A stretch of 64,000 bases of DNA from Lepidodermella squamata (lineage: Eukaryota > Animalia > Gastrotricha). Made by a program: the position numbers and the translations under genes. Location of the stretch: the NCBI GenBank assembly GCA_047495785.1, contig JBLDXI010000033.1, forward strand, positions 1,426,001-1,490,000. The letters are read 5' to 3'. Each line of letters starts with the position of its first letter. Positions within the stretch are counted from its first letter, which is position 1. The notes under the pieces were generated by a model, which was not told the DNA's origin, searched no databases, and worked only from the letters and a program-made list of their open reading frames with translations. Shown here piece by piece: positions 36,151 through 49,738 of this stretch.

Positions 36151-37149
36151 GCTACTGAGCTGTAGTGCCGATCTCGGCCAACTTCGAAAACTACCCCTAC
36201 GACTGCAACTACGCCTACTTCTTCAAAATCGTGCACTATCGATAAGAACTGCGAACTCGTTCGACTTCTTTAAGGCAAGGTTCTTTTCAAAGGCAACTTC
36301 TCAGCCTGCTCAAAGGAGACTGGAATCAAACGACCTACGCTTCAGCCTTAGAAGAGAAAAATTCCGGAAATGGAAGCCTTGGGAGAGAGAAGAAAAGACG
36401 AATGTTTTCGATCGGTTCGTAAAATGCGCCGAATTGCGATCGAAAATAAAAAAAACCCGAGCGTGTGGTAAAGGGCTAATGGTTAGCGGTATAAGTTGCA
36501 GCACGTTGCCTTGGAAATTTCAATCCCTGATTACGCAGGTGACTTTCCTCTGAATTATGTGGTCGGAGGACGCGCTTGACTGCTCACGAGTTCGATGGCT
36601 CGAACTGAGGTCATCACTTTTTCTCAGTGAATTAGTTTTTAATTCGATTAGCTAATTGTTTCTCCATTCGACGAAAATTTGCATAATAAATGATACCTGA
36701 TCTATATTTGTATGCTATGACATGAGTAAAACGTTTATATCTGTACGGAGCCGCCCGAGATTTACGAGTCGTAACGAGCCGGTGGCGAGTTGCGATGAAT
36801 AAATCGAGTGCGGCGAGTTCAGATATGAACGATTTACGAATGTTATACCGTAAAATATCGAATTGTCAAAGCTACTCGACCTATATTTCTGGTGACAATT
36901 CTATATTTTGCTATGGTTAAAAGCTCTAATTTGAGCAAAAATGGTGGAAATTTGAAATGAGTTTAATTTCGAAAACCTCCACCCGACGAAATTCAAAGAA
37001 AATGGAAAAACATCAAAATTAAATTTTGCAGACCAATCAAAGGTCTGTAAGGGGTTTTTCTATTCGCAACAGTAAATACAGCTACAGCTACAGTTTTTTT
37101 GCATTCGAAAGTTCGCTACTGAAATACTGTATCTCTCCTGTACTTTCTA

Positions 37150-38882
37150 CAGGGCGATTCACAAACTCGTGTTTTCCACATGAATGATGCAAAAGATTTT
37201 TTGCAGGCTCACTTGAATCATGAACGATGAACAAAACCCTTTCACAAATTATTTGTCATAATTCATGATTCAAATAGCTGCTTAGCCAATTTTTTCTTTT
37301 TATTGCGTTCAAAAAAGGAATGCGGCCGCAAGGCACCGAACTGGCCACACTTGGCATGATAGTTCTAGCTTAACCCACTGTGCCACCAGTGAGCTGTTGT
37401 TGATTTGGACGTTTATGTAATTATCTCCTATTTTCACTGTCGACTTGGAAAAATTAAATGAGCTATTGAAAAAATCTATTAAAAATTCGATTATTTAAAA
37501 ATACAGCATTTTTAAGCAACATTTTTGGCCCCAACCTTCGACTAGAACACACTAATTAACTGAGTAATTAGTCGAAACTGATTTGTTTTTGCTAAAATAT
37601 TTATCCTTGGGCTTTAGACTAGCTATTTTCGGCTATGAGCTATGATAATATCGGCTACTGCTTTGAATTTAAAATTCGATGTAATGACTAGCCTTCAAAT
37701 AAGCGGACGCAGTGCGCAATATAATCGGGAAAGTTCGAAAATTAAATTTGCATGGGACTTGTTCAAATTCTGCAAGTCAAAACAAAAATGGAAGATGATG
37801 ACAGCAACGCGGTCAACCACCGAAGCTCGCTACTGGCATAGTAGCTCCAACCGTGCTAAACCAGTATCCTGGGTTCAGTGCTCGGTGGTGACTTACCTAG
37901 TTTTTTTGCTAATTCGCACACAAAAAATCGCCATTGAATCATGAATTATGACAAATAATTTGTGAGCGGGTTTCGTTCATCGTTCATGATTCAAATGGCT
38001 TCTCGACCGTTTTTTGCAAGAGCTGAATTTTGAGCATAAAAAATGAACAATGAATCATGAATGTGTATTTTACACCAGTGGTTCGCAAATACCTTTCCCT
38101 AGATGCGCAAGAGTGGCGCACGCGGCCGGTCCTACGTGCGCCACTCTTGCATATTGTATTCTCCTCAAGCCAATTGCAAAGAACTAATATTCAGGATGTT
38201 TCTCATGAATAATTTGGGTTTCTGCGAATTTTGCCAGGTTGAACTTCTTCATATTATATCATAGGTCAATATTGGTTGTTAGAAACGTTTTGTTGCTAGC
38301 ATAGACAGAATAATGTCTATGGTTGCAAGTTACCTCGCTCAAAAATGAACATGTGTGTTCCGCGTTCCGCATTGGTTCAAATTATAGGTTATCTGAACAA
38401 ATTATACGAGCGATGCGAGGAAATTTTGAGGATTTTCCCTCTAAAAAGGCTCCGAAATCTTCTAAAAATGAGGATTTAGCAGTTTCTTCCAGACTTCGAC
38501 TTTGGTTATTACATTCATTCCGATTAGTTGTTACATTGTGACATGTGTAGCATGCTTGAACACACTACCTAAACCTAGAAAATCGAACACTTAGCTTCCA
38601 TGGAGTTTAACGGAAGAAACCTGGCGAGCGAAGCGAGCCAAATTTGTATCATTTGCACTCTTAAAAAGCTGAAAATAGCCTACAAATGACAGAAAACCGG
38701 TGTCCTTCAATTTATAAAACGTCTATAGAAGGGGTGGAGTCGCTGGCCAGAGAGGGTTGGCTCAAAGGCTCCGCGTGCGCCAATGCGCATGCGTGCGAAA
38801 CCGATCTTTCGAAATGCGCCAATGCGCACGGGTGCGCCACTTTGCGAACCGCTGTTTTACACACTAGTTTGTGAACCGCACT
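37150..38882. mobile_element. Probable degenerate non-autonomous DNA element with internal inverted repeats
   Basis: Imperfect termini (CAGGGCGATTCACAAACTCGTG vs reverse complement AGTGCGGTTCACAAACTAGTG), inverted block about 37215-37272 vs 37936-37994, and a 16-bp stem hairpin at 38107-38150. Confidence 0.5.
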
Positions 38883-39383
38883 TAAGGATTCAAAAATACA
38901 GAAAATTCAGCCCTATTTTTACTACAAAAAATACAGCCATAAAAAGCAAAGTTTAGAAAAGGGGATGCTTGTGCGTATAAAAAGTGCCAAGGCGATAATG
39001 AGAAGATACTAATGGCTTGACCCCACGAGGACTCCCCAAGCAGAAAAATAAGATCTATTTCCATGGAAATCTATCTTATTCCACGTCACCAGACCATGTG
39101 ACATGGCACCTTATCTAATTCCATGACATTTCCACGGCATTGAAGGCAATGACGCACCACAGATTTATTTATTTATTTATTAAGAGCTTAAGTCCGAGTT
39201 CGAACGCTCACAACAATAGTTATTCATGCAATCCACAGGAGCCGGCAGAAAATTCGTGGTCTGTTCGGTCCGTTTCAGATTCCGATGTCAAAAAGGTTTA
39301 CTACAATAAAGTGTATCATGTAAGATAGCGCAGCATTAGCACATAGAAAATATGTTAATTAAACAAAGGATATAAAGTATTTA

Positions 39384-39846
39384 CCGTAAAATCCGAATTA
39401 GAAGGCACTGCCCTATATTTGAAACAATCGACCCCGAACCCCTGCCTTATAAACGAGACCTGCCCTGTATTTCGGGTCTGCCCTATATTTTTTCAAATGT
39501 CCACATCGCATTGTGGCACATGTGAAAATTCCTATTATCAAGGTCGCGAATCATTTTCGTGTAGCCACCACCTGGAAAGTGACCCATCGCGCTCGAGTTG
39601 TGTCAACGAATAGCGATCATTTGTTGACACTCGGGGATTAAGGTGGATTAGCTTACGCAACGGGCAACGGGTAACCTTTAGGAGCTCGCTTCCATGATGC
39701 TTCATGTGGATCATTAGTGTCCGATCAAAGGGCACTGCCCTCTAAACCGGGTCTGCCCTTTATTTCAAACAATCGAGCTCTACCCTCTGCCTTATAAACG
39801 GGCCTGCCCTCTATTTCGGTTCTGTCTTCTAATATGGATTTTACGG
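39384..39846. mobile_element. pogo/Tigger-like MITE with TA TSD
   Basis: TA|CCGTAAAATCCGAATTAGAAGGCA versus reverse complement CCGTAAAATCCATATTAGAAGACA|TA; internal direct repeats at about 39404-39485 and 39731-39825. Confidence 0.85.
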
Positions 39847-40603
39847 TACACTTGGATGCCAGGCTGATATAAAAACACAACAAACAGTGAGTCGTAGCAA
39901 AATTATAGAATGTAGAGCGATCATTACTCATGGTTTAGGTGACGGATTAGACAATTTGAACACACTATCATTGAGCAGATGTGAATATAAGTTTTGGCGA
40001 AATTCGAAGGCTGTTTCGGCGTTTTGAACGATGTGTGGGTAAAAGGCGTTATAAGCGATGGAACCTTTGAAAGCAAGCGTTGATTGTCCGTGAGCGCTAG
40101 TAAGGAACGGGACTTCCAAGACTTGGCTGATGATACTGCGCTAGTAAGGAATTGCTGCAATTCCACGGAATTAGGCATCATAATGACGCAAAAACGCCAT
40201 GGAATTAAAGCCAAATGAATTAGCACGAGAGAGCAAATATTGAATCTGAAGAATTGGCAAATCGATTTGTTGAAATGGTCAAGTCTCAAAAATCGCAAGT
40301 CTCAAAACTGCTACCCGCTTTTGCGGGAGTCTTAATTTTCCTAATAAATCACGATAAATTGGCCTCGCCTGCAAATAATAACACGCAGCAACGGCTCTAC
40401 TGGACCAGCGGCAGTTTAGGGGGATTTATTATTTATTCAGTTCATTTCAGTTATTTAAAATTTGGCTCCGCTAAATGTAGGAGCCTTTCAACAGTTGGTT
40501 TTGAAAGTGCAAGCTGAAAGTGCACCGGCTCTCGTAAAAAAAATTCAATTTGACCCAGCAGACTTAATTTATTTGCATTCTATGAGTAATAAGCAATCAT
40601 CAA

Positions 40604-42319
40604 TCAGCTGCCGTAGATTTCGATCCCACTCGCGCCTTTGCCCAGAAAAACAAGCAAATCAGAATCTTCATCGGCTCGGCAACGTTTTTCGATGACTAGC
40701 AAGCGAGAGGCCGTGTTCGTTTGGCTTTGAGACGCCCACACCGCTATCAATTCCGTTTCCACGGTTGTAGGACTCCGCCTACGCTCGAGAATCTGCAATC
40801 TTTCATTGAAGAGATCGGCCACATACAGATTGCCATTCCGATCGAAGGCGAGTTCTTGAGGTTCATGGACTACTCCTAAGCGTAGCTTGTCCTCGTTAGT
40901 AACAGGCGGTCGTAATCTTTCAACCGGAATAGCCAGCCATAGCCGATGCACAAAAACATTGTCGAGACTCATCGGAGCAGCTTTATCATCGTCGAGTAGG
41001 GTTAAGAACCTCGATAGGCCGCTGGATAGTAGGATGACTCCGTCATCATCGCTTGAAACTGCGACCTCGAGGCGTTGGGAAAACGCGTCGACTCGAGCGG
41101 CGACAAACCAGGGCCGGTTGATCAAATTAATCCGGCCAACTAACCGCAGGCCTTCGTCGCCGTTGAAACCCAGGTACCAAACAGCTATGCCGTGGCCATG
41201 TTTCTCACAGCCGAACAACAACCGGCGATCAGCGTCGACAAACAGGCCTTTGAAGTAGGATGAAGATGCCGAGGCTGGTAGAAATCGTTGAAGAGTTATC
41301 GATCTGTCTGCGCCGCGGGCTAGTTCCAATCGGGAGGCTCTGAAAACCCAGGGTTCATCGGCCATTGATGAGAAGTACAGTTCGTCACGCAGAGGATCGT
41401 ATGCGGAATGGAAAATTTCGAAACGGCCGCTGTTACGACTTATAGGATGTCTGCTGTTGCTGATTTCACAACACGTTAATCTGCCGGCGTTGAAAGACAA
41501 TTCGTGATCGGGATGTCGGACTGAAGCACGCCATGCGAGTTGATTCCATTTTCCGCCACCGCGCGAAAACGCCTGTGAGAAAAATGGATGAATGATGACT
41601 GATGAATAAGCCAGGGCGGGTAAAGAGAAATTTGTTACAATTAAAATCTTCGAGGAAACTCTCACTAAGTGTTTCTCTAATAAACGAAAATCTGCATAAT
41701 TAATGATACGAGAGGTTGCTATGGGTAAATGGCCCTAAAATTGAGCAAAAATGATGTCAAATTGAAATGAGTTGGAACCTTCTTGAATGTCCCTAAAAGC
41801 ACCATACAGCGAAATATAAAGGATGTGAATTAAAGTTGAATGATCAAGAACTTATCGCGATATTGACTAAATTTGTAGACCAATAAGAAATGCCTTCCTC
41901 ATCATGGTCCGAAATACAACAATTTTCTGAATTAGGGATTGTTACCACTGGTTTTTCAACTCAAGTTAGTCTAAATTTTCCTAAAAGCTCACGATTAATT
42001 GGCCTTGCTTGCAAACAACAAGCAGCAACGGCTCAACTGGGCCAGCGTTGATATTCCCGAGCTCGTCCACCGGAGAGTCAGCCACCTCAAGTAACGCCAC
42101 AATCATAGACGGTGGCTTCAGCGGATGCACAGCGATAGGGTCCGTCGACCATGCTCCGTATATAAGACTGCCTTTTTTAGGCTCAGGCAACGTCATACTT
42201 CTTACGACTGAAAGAAAGCTCGATGTGCTGGTTAAGTGCATGTAGTTTTTCCTACTCTGCAATCGATCGAGTAATAATCGATTGCGTACTTCGAAGGTAG
42301 TAACCGCGCGGATGTGCAT
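40604..42319 (-). CDS. NHL-repeat / beta-propeller protein; complement(join(40604..41572,41993..42319))
   Basis: Canonical NHL repeat HEPQELAFDRNGNLYVADLFNERLQIL plus degenerate blades (KGLFVD, RPWFVAA); phase-0 GTGAG..ACAG intron. Confidence 0.7.
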
Positions 42320-43518
42320 TTTACGCTAATGGGGCCCATTCCGTTCTCCTTTCATTATTTATGCTCGCTCTTTTTTAGACGCGTCGCGATGCCGAGAGCT
42401 CGAAGATCGAACGCGAAAAATGGATGTCTGAGATGATGGCTAGTGGAACTTTAATTTTGCGATATCGAAGGAAGACCAGCCCGAAGCAAGAGGAAAGTTC
42501 TTGCTATTTAAATAATTTATAGGTGAAAAACGGCAGCGGAATCGAATTATCGAAAGCATGGAGAGCCAGGAATGACTTTTCCACCAGACATAGGTCTAAT
42601 TTTATGTTTCAACTTAATATTTAATCTCAAATATCTGACAATAAATTTTATTCTGAGCAGCAGTTTAGGAGAGACTGAGTGGCCGTCGGCCGTATCTACT
42701 GCAAATCAGTAGACATTCCATCAGCTGATAAGCCTTTTTCAGGAATTTTCTTGAATCGAATGGAATAAAATCCTTAGATGACTGCAAACGTTTGGTGGTT
42801 TTTTGAAATGTTTTTCCCGATTTCTCAAGGCAAAATCACAGGATTAAAAATGGATTTCGGTCAGCATTTTACACATTTTTAGCTCTTTTCACGGTTTGCA
42901 GCTAGATGTTACTTTGATTATTTTCCAAAATAAAAATCCAGTGTAAAACAACGATTATTCCCGCTAAATATTGAGTCACACTCATGAACCCACGCGTGGC
43001 ACTGGTGTAGTATAAAAACTAGGTGATATGAGGCGGGTACGGAAGTAATGAGACGGCCAAGTTCCCTACCGCTGGCCATGCATTATTATCAACACGTGGA
43101 TGCACTTTTTCGCTTCGAAAGCGACGGGGTTAACAGATAAGGATGTACGCGAGAGAATTGCGAGAGAAAAGATGATAACGTAGAATGTGCCAGAGAGAGA
43201 TCAGTTAGTAGCCACGCACCAACGGTGGCACCACTCATTAATTTCACCCTGAATTACGGACATTTACCCGACAAGTCAACATTTTTTAGACAGTTCATAT
43301 TATTACGAGAAGAAAGGCTCATTATGAGAATACTATTGGAACAACCGAAAAGTACCCCTCCCGGTCAGAGAATCCAATTTCTTTAGAGTTTCTAGGTGTT
43401 CCAGTAGTCTTCTAACTCTCCTGAGTAATTACAATCATTATACACTCTAACGTAAGAGCTAACTCTCATAGATACCTATTTATTTGTGAATGATAGGTCA
43501 TCATTTGAGTTAAATAAA

Positions 43519-45186
43519 ATGGTATTTCTGTTCATTGTAACCTTCCTCGTCACATGCTTCGTCGCTTTCTACGTCTATCGGAGGTTTTACTGCCATCAAT
43601 TCTTCAAAAAGCTCGGTGTCCCTGGGCCTGAACCTCATTGGTTTTATGGTAACCTAAAAGAACTATGGGCAACTAACAATCGTCATTTGGTTTACCTGAA
43701 CTGGGGGAAAAAGTACGGAAAGTTCTATGGCTACTACGAAGGATCAAGTCCTATTCTAGTGACGAGCAGTTTGGAAGCTGCTGAACAGATTTGCGTTAAA
43801 CAATTTTCGAGTTTCCAAGGCCGTCGAGCTCTGCCTGTTGAAGTAATTTGATAACACTTGAACTTTCACCTAGAATAAATGTTTGAACTTCAACAGCCCG
43901 ATCCAGAGAGCAAGCGTGACCGTGAAAGCAAGGTATTCATCCCCAACATCGTTTTCGAGCGCGGAAACAACTGGAAACGCTTGAGAACCAATGCGAATCC
44001 AGCGTTTTCTACTGGCAAGCTCAAGTCCTATATGCCACTAGTTATCAAAAGCCAGGATTCGCTCATCGCGGCGTTGGAGCAGAAGGCTAAAACAGGCAAA
44101 AGTTTCGACATTCACGACCAGTTTCAATTGATGACCTTGGTAAGCTATTATCTTGGTAGCTTGTCAATTCCATGATGTATTGCATTTTAGGACGTGATTG
44201 GCGAAATCGCCTTTGGAGTGTCGTTGAACACTCTCGCCGATGGCGGCACTACAAATCCTATGGTGCCAATGATCCGTCAATTCCTTGAAGTTGTGAAGGA
44301 GACACCGCCCCAAATGCTGCCAATCCTCGCAGTTCCAGAAATCGGTGGTCCATTGGTGAGTTTCATCAAGGCTCAAGCCGAGTTCTGGCAAGCTGGGGAG
44401 CTCGGCATCATGGCGAAGATTCAAGATCTCGTCGCGGATGTTGTTGTTAAGCGTGCGAAAGACCCGTCTCTTCGCCGAGTCGACATGCTTCAAGCTCTGA
44501 TTGACGATTCAGACTTCAACGAAGGAGGCAAGCAATCTCTTAACCAACGCGAGGTCGTCTCTCAAAGTTTCGCATTCTTCATCGCTGGGACAGAAACAAC
44601 GTCAACCGCCTTAGCGTACACTTCCTACTTACTGGCAACTAACCCACGCGTTCAGGATAAGTTGTATCGGGAAATTGTCACTCTTTTCAGAGATGGTAAA
44701 GATCCTGATTATGACGAAGTAATGTCGCTGCCCTACCTGGATGCTGTCTGCAAAGAGGCGATCAGAATCTACCCCATTGGCTACAACGGTGTTAACCGTT
44801 ACATCATCGAAGAGACTAACGTCTGCGGCATTCATATCCCGAAAAAGCTGAAGAGTGTTATGATCGATATCTACTCGATTCACCACGAGCAAGAGCACTG
44901 GGGGCCTGTTGACGTTGCTGAGTTCCATCCTGAACGATTCAGTGAGGAGTATATGGAGGCACACCCTCGCCCAGAAGCTGCCTTCATGGGCTTTGGTTAC
45001 GGGCCTAAACTGTGCGTAGGCATGCGGTTGGCCTATCTTGAGATGAAATTGACACTGGCTAACATTTTGTACCGCTACCGCATCGACGAGCCTGAAGGAG
45101 GCTATCCGGATGGTTTGCCTGTGAAAGCAGAGTTCCTCATTCTTCCAGTGAACGGTGTTTCAGTTAAACTGGTTCGGCGGCAATAA
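43519..45186 (+). CDS. Cytochrome P450, CYP3-clan-like; join(43519..43842,43897..44139,44191..45186)
   Basis: N-terminal anchor plus PGPEP, WKRLR, AGTETT, EAIR, PERF and FGYGPKLCVG heme motif; in-frame GT-AG introns. Confidence 0.95.
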
Positions 45187-46180
45187 GATTCATTTTTTCA
45201 AATAACTTTATGCAGCAATCTTTTCAATCTGATTGACATTACATTTTTCAAATGTTTAAAACTGTGCCAGGACAAAGTGATAGCAGGCGATGATGCTTCC
45301 AATGATTCGCCTTGCTTGATTTGCCTTGTTTGCTTTTGCTTGCTTCGACCATGCGGCTAATGATGTTCGTGATTTAGCCTCAAGGTTTATTTCTCGCAAA
45401 GATGCTCCACAATTGACGAAGAAACCGGAAAATATGACTCATTCGTGGAGCATACTGTGAACGCTTTATTCTCATCAAACTCAGCTCGCCACGACGAGAT
45501 TCGTATCTTTGACTCGTTGTGAGCTGTTATTGCAATTCTGAGCCAAAGAGCAATTTAAATTTGCTTTGACTTGGCAAGGATGCAAACGATGATGAATGCC
45601 TTGCTTATCATAAACAAAAGGTTGCTCATTCAAATAAAAATGTGTTTCAGGTGAAAGCTGATAGCATCCATTGGGCTTGACTGCGCTTCTTCTTCCAACT
45701 GATTAGTACTGCATGTAAAACTATCAAATTTAACATCCCCATAAACCCGACCCAGGACTGAAATGTGAAAACATGTTTCAATAGCTTCAATTTTTCGTAA
45801 GTAACAGAATTGTATCCAACAACTTGAAAACGTGAAAAACAGGTTGCAGGTTGCAGGCGCTAGAAAACCGTCAGAAATTGCTGCTCGTTCTGCACCGCAC
45901 ATGATATAATTTTATTGATATAATACGGCCCTTGGCAACTATAACAGGGCATAATGTTCTATCACCGATCACGCAGTTAATCATGGGATATCAAGTTCCA
46001 TCACCGATCAGGGAGCCATAATGGTAAAATTTTAAATTGTTCTCACAAAGATCGCATTCCAGGATATTAACATATTCAGATAAATTCAAATTAGTGAAGT
46101 GTATAGTCGATATAACTACTCAAAACCTTTAACAGAATAACCTCCAAATGACTCCTGTCATTCTGTCATTCATCCTGTCA

Positions 46181-46814
46181 TTAGAACTTCCAGAGGGAGA
46201 ACGAGGATGATGGCTTATCCGAGATACTATCGCATACTTCGCTCAGTCGGCACTCGCCTGTCTTCCACAGGTATAACACGACCTTGCACTTTTTCGACTT
46301 CGAACATTGGTCAGTACAAGCAGCAAGGTTGGGTACGTTGACCGTAGAGACAACTTTATTGCAGGCAGACCAGTAAAAGTCATACTTGAGCACGGCTGCA
46401 TTAAAGAAAGCAATAGAAGGTATCATATCAATGACGATCAATATATTATTGCTTACATGGGGATTTCTCGTACGCAACATAGCCAGCCGTAGCATTCCTG
46501 TTGACCTTGTCTTCACATGGATCATATGTGAAGCAAGTCTGTGTGCCTTGGCTGTATTCGAAGTACTTGCACGTGCCAATGTTTATGCAAATTTGGGCGC
46601 AAATGTCGAGATAGGGAGTGCGGGCCTTCCTGACATACCCAGGGCAAAACGCTGAGGTTAATTTCTTATAACTGTACGTAGTTTCTGTCAACTGCTGCGC
46701 ATCTGTGCAGTAAATGAATTAGAATACAAGTTCAATAGTTATAACAAAATCCTTACCACAAAAAGTGAACACAACGCTAATAGCTACAAGGGAGAACAAA
46801 ACTGCATTCGACAT
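46181..46814 (-). CDS. Small secreted protein with two divergent PAN/apple-like domains; complement(join(46181..46395,46457..46702,46757..46814))
   Basis: Signal peptide MSNAVLFSLVAISVVFTFC; modules CPG..CAQIC....CKYFEY...C and C..CTDQC....CKVVLY...C; both introns are phase 1. Confidence 0.7.
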
Positions 46815-49738
46815 GCTGTATGAGTTTTTGAAACTTTCAGAAAATGAAACTTTCTGTAAAACTGAAAGCTGCTTAATGATGGGATGAGAAATTATGAGCT
46901 CTCGATGCGCGATGCGCACTCGCTCTCTGTTGAAGCAGCTGCAAGACATTATTTCTATGCTCGGCGTAGGAGATGGCTATGAATAGTTCGATTTAACTTT
47001 ATGCGCCGGCGAGAACAAAACGGTATTATTATTTATTTTAAGTTCTATTTTAAATATCTACCTAGCATTTTCCGCCCTCTCTCTTCCTTTCCTCTTCCCT
47101 ATTGAAGCAGCTGCAGACAATTTCTATTCTCGTAGTTTGGGAAACAAATTTTGCTATGACTAAGCTTGAGTAAACTTGATGACAAATGCACTTGATGACT
47201 ATTGAAAAATCATCATCTGAACTGAAAACCCGCGAGAGTATTAACTTGCCACGCGTAACTAGCCTGTTGGTTGTCCTACAATATTTCTCGACAACAGGAC
47301 AAATCTCCTAGCGAAGCTCCACAATGCTATTGAGAGCAATCCGGAGAGGAAAGCGCCTCCGCGATGCAGTTTGTGAGCGTACTATGAGTCAAGCTACTGT
47401 CATTTGTCAGATATCGGAAACGGGAAACACGAATCAACGAAGGTGGCTCGGCATGAGTAGAAAATGCCCTCCAACGCCGCGATGATCAGCTTTTTGAACC
47501 AGCTCGAATCCGGCCGGTCGAGCAGCCACGAATACTGTCGGTCACATTTGTCTGGATTCCGCAGGCAATCGCCGCTACTTCGCTAACGCCCGCACGTTCT
47601 GCCGTTGGATGCTGGGTCTTGCTTCTTGCTTGGAGCCATCAACGGGTTACGATTGCCTTGCCTTACCTTAACTAGGGTGACTACGTCAGATTTTCAAACT
47701 GCTTGGATTCTATACTGACTAGACAAAGACCTTCGCTAATCTATCTGTGGACCTTTCTCTGCATGAAAGGAGTGCATTTTCTGCAATTTCTTTGCAAGGG
47801 AATCTTGCTGTTTGAGCATCGGAACAGCAGCAACAATGTCCCCACTGCACAAGACTCGAAAGTCACCGGTGAAGGAAGCGGAGACAGTTAGGATGAACAG
47901 AGCTTCGATGGAGGAAGAACGAACAGAACCGTTGTCCCTAAACCTTTGCCTAGGCGCCTAGGAACTCTCGCGGATGTTACTTTTACTCATTTCTGTCATT
48001 TATGATCGTAATCTTCTGATCTTTCTCACTCTTACGGTAGATTCAGCAGGAACGGCGTCTTTTTTTAATATCACTATTTGTCACAATTAATTGTTAACAT
48101 CACTAATGACCAGTGCACTTGTGCTGTATTCCTTTGTCACAGCTTTCCCGCAATTATTCGTTTACTTCCATTTCAGAATTGTTCTGCAGCCCACTCTTTG
48201 GCGTTACGAAACGAAACGAAAATCATTTTACAGCCTTCGAATAAATAAATTTCACCGAAATCTCAGTAGTGATCGTGATTGCATGCCGGAGATGTCTTAC
48301 AAATCGGAAGACATTGGCTAAATGCACTCGCGACATGTATCAGTCCCCAGCTGCTAATAATGGATCAGCCACCAGAATCCAGAAAAAGATATGGTCCTCA
48401 TGTGAGCTGTACAGGGTACCTGCGAGTGCAGTTGATATTGTCTCATGATGCTCAATTCTAAGTGGATGAGTTAGATGATACATTCTTGTCTTGTGTACTG
48501 CGAGGGCAAACAGCTCGCTTCGTACTTGCCTATAAAGTACTCGTCGACAAGCGGCGCTTCGTGACGAAGAGCATATAGCTACTTTGAGTAGATTTTTTCC
48601 TCCTTGCGTACACTGATTCAATGAAGCGTGATCGTGAAAACATGGAAAGCATGTTTTTGCGACAACAAAAAAACAAGCCCAGTTCAATACACTTGTTAAG
48701 CAGCGAAGAGGTGTATTTTCACCATCAGCAGCTATCACTTGGCGCGAGGGTGAGGATAACATGCGCACTTGTAAAATCACACCCAGTGGCCAGGTATCAC
48801 CGGCGGCGGCAAAAGCGCACTTGTCATCATTCGGCAGTTGCGCGCTCTTAACGCCCCCGCAAACACTCTTGAATCAGTGGTGTTAAGGCGTGTTGTCGTC
48901 AGCGAAATCACATAACCGTGTCTGTGTCGCGCGCGAGCGGATGTTACACAAGTGGTGGCTATAAAACAGGTTGCTTTTTTCGCGGGGCAAGGCCTATTTT
49001 TTAGCTCTCAGCTAAGCGAGCGGCTGGCGAGTGATAATCGAGCTCGAATAGCCCGTCTCAGTCAACACACTTGAGGCGGCGCTGCTTTTTGTGCGTGCGC
49101 GCGTTCACGGCATTGTCCATACAGCCATTTCCGAGGTTGCTTTTTTGCCTGTTTTACATTATCAGCAGTGCTCGGACTTTGCTAACACACCTATTGTTTC
49201 CGCTTGGCTTCCAGAATCGCTGTCGTGCTTAGCTATACGCGCTTAGCTAACTTTGGACACTGGCCGGCCATTACAAGCGAGTTAACGCGGCGTATTATCG
49301 CAGTCATACATGTATCGACAGTGCAAATCCATCGTAAGAGATGGCCATTATCTTAGAGTTGCTTGTTTGCGCAGCGCCCTGTGTACCTCATCATTTTTCG
49401 TTATTACTTCGCCTCGAACGAATGGTATTATTAACTCATGCTACCTCGCGCTTCAGGGCCCTCTATTTTCGTGTGGACGGTTTGATGCTTCTTCCTCTTG
49501 GGCGCATATTTTGGCCGCACGTGCGACAACACCTTAATGTTTTTGTCTCAGCTATTATCATCTATGATCATCGCGAAAGCTCGAGTAGTGCGGGCAGTAA
49601 AAAAGCGGATCACGGGCGTTGTCGCTTGTCATTCTTGTATTTTTCATTTTTGAGCGACTTCCATTTCCACGCCTCAGTCATAACTTGCTTTTTTACTCTA
49701 TAATATAGGTGAGACTTAAATAACTTTGGGCTTCCAAG

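Noticed and set aside
47300-48850. Possible decayed gene or retroelement on the minus strand
   Set aside because: Coding-like composition, but multiple stops and no motif I can recognise.
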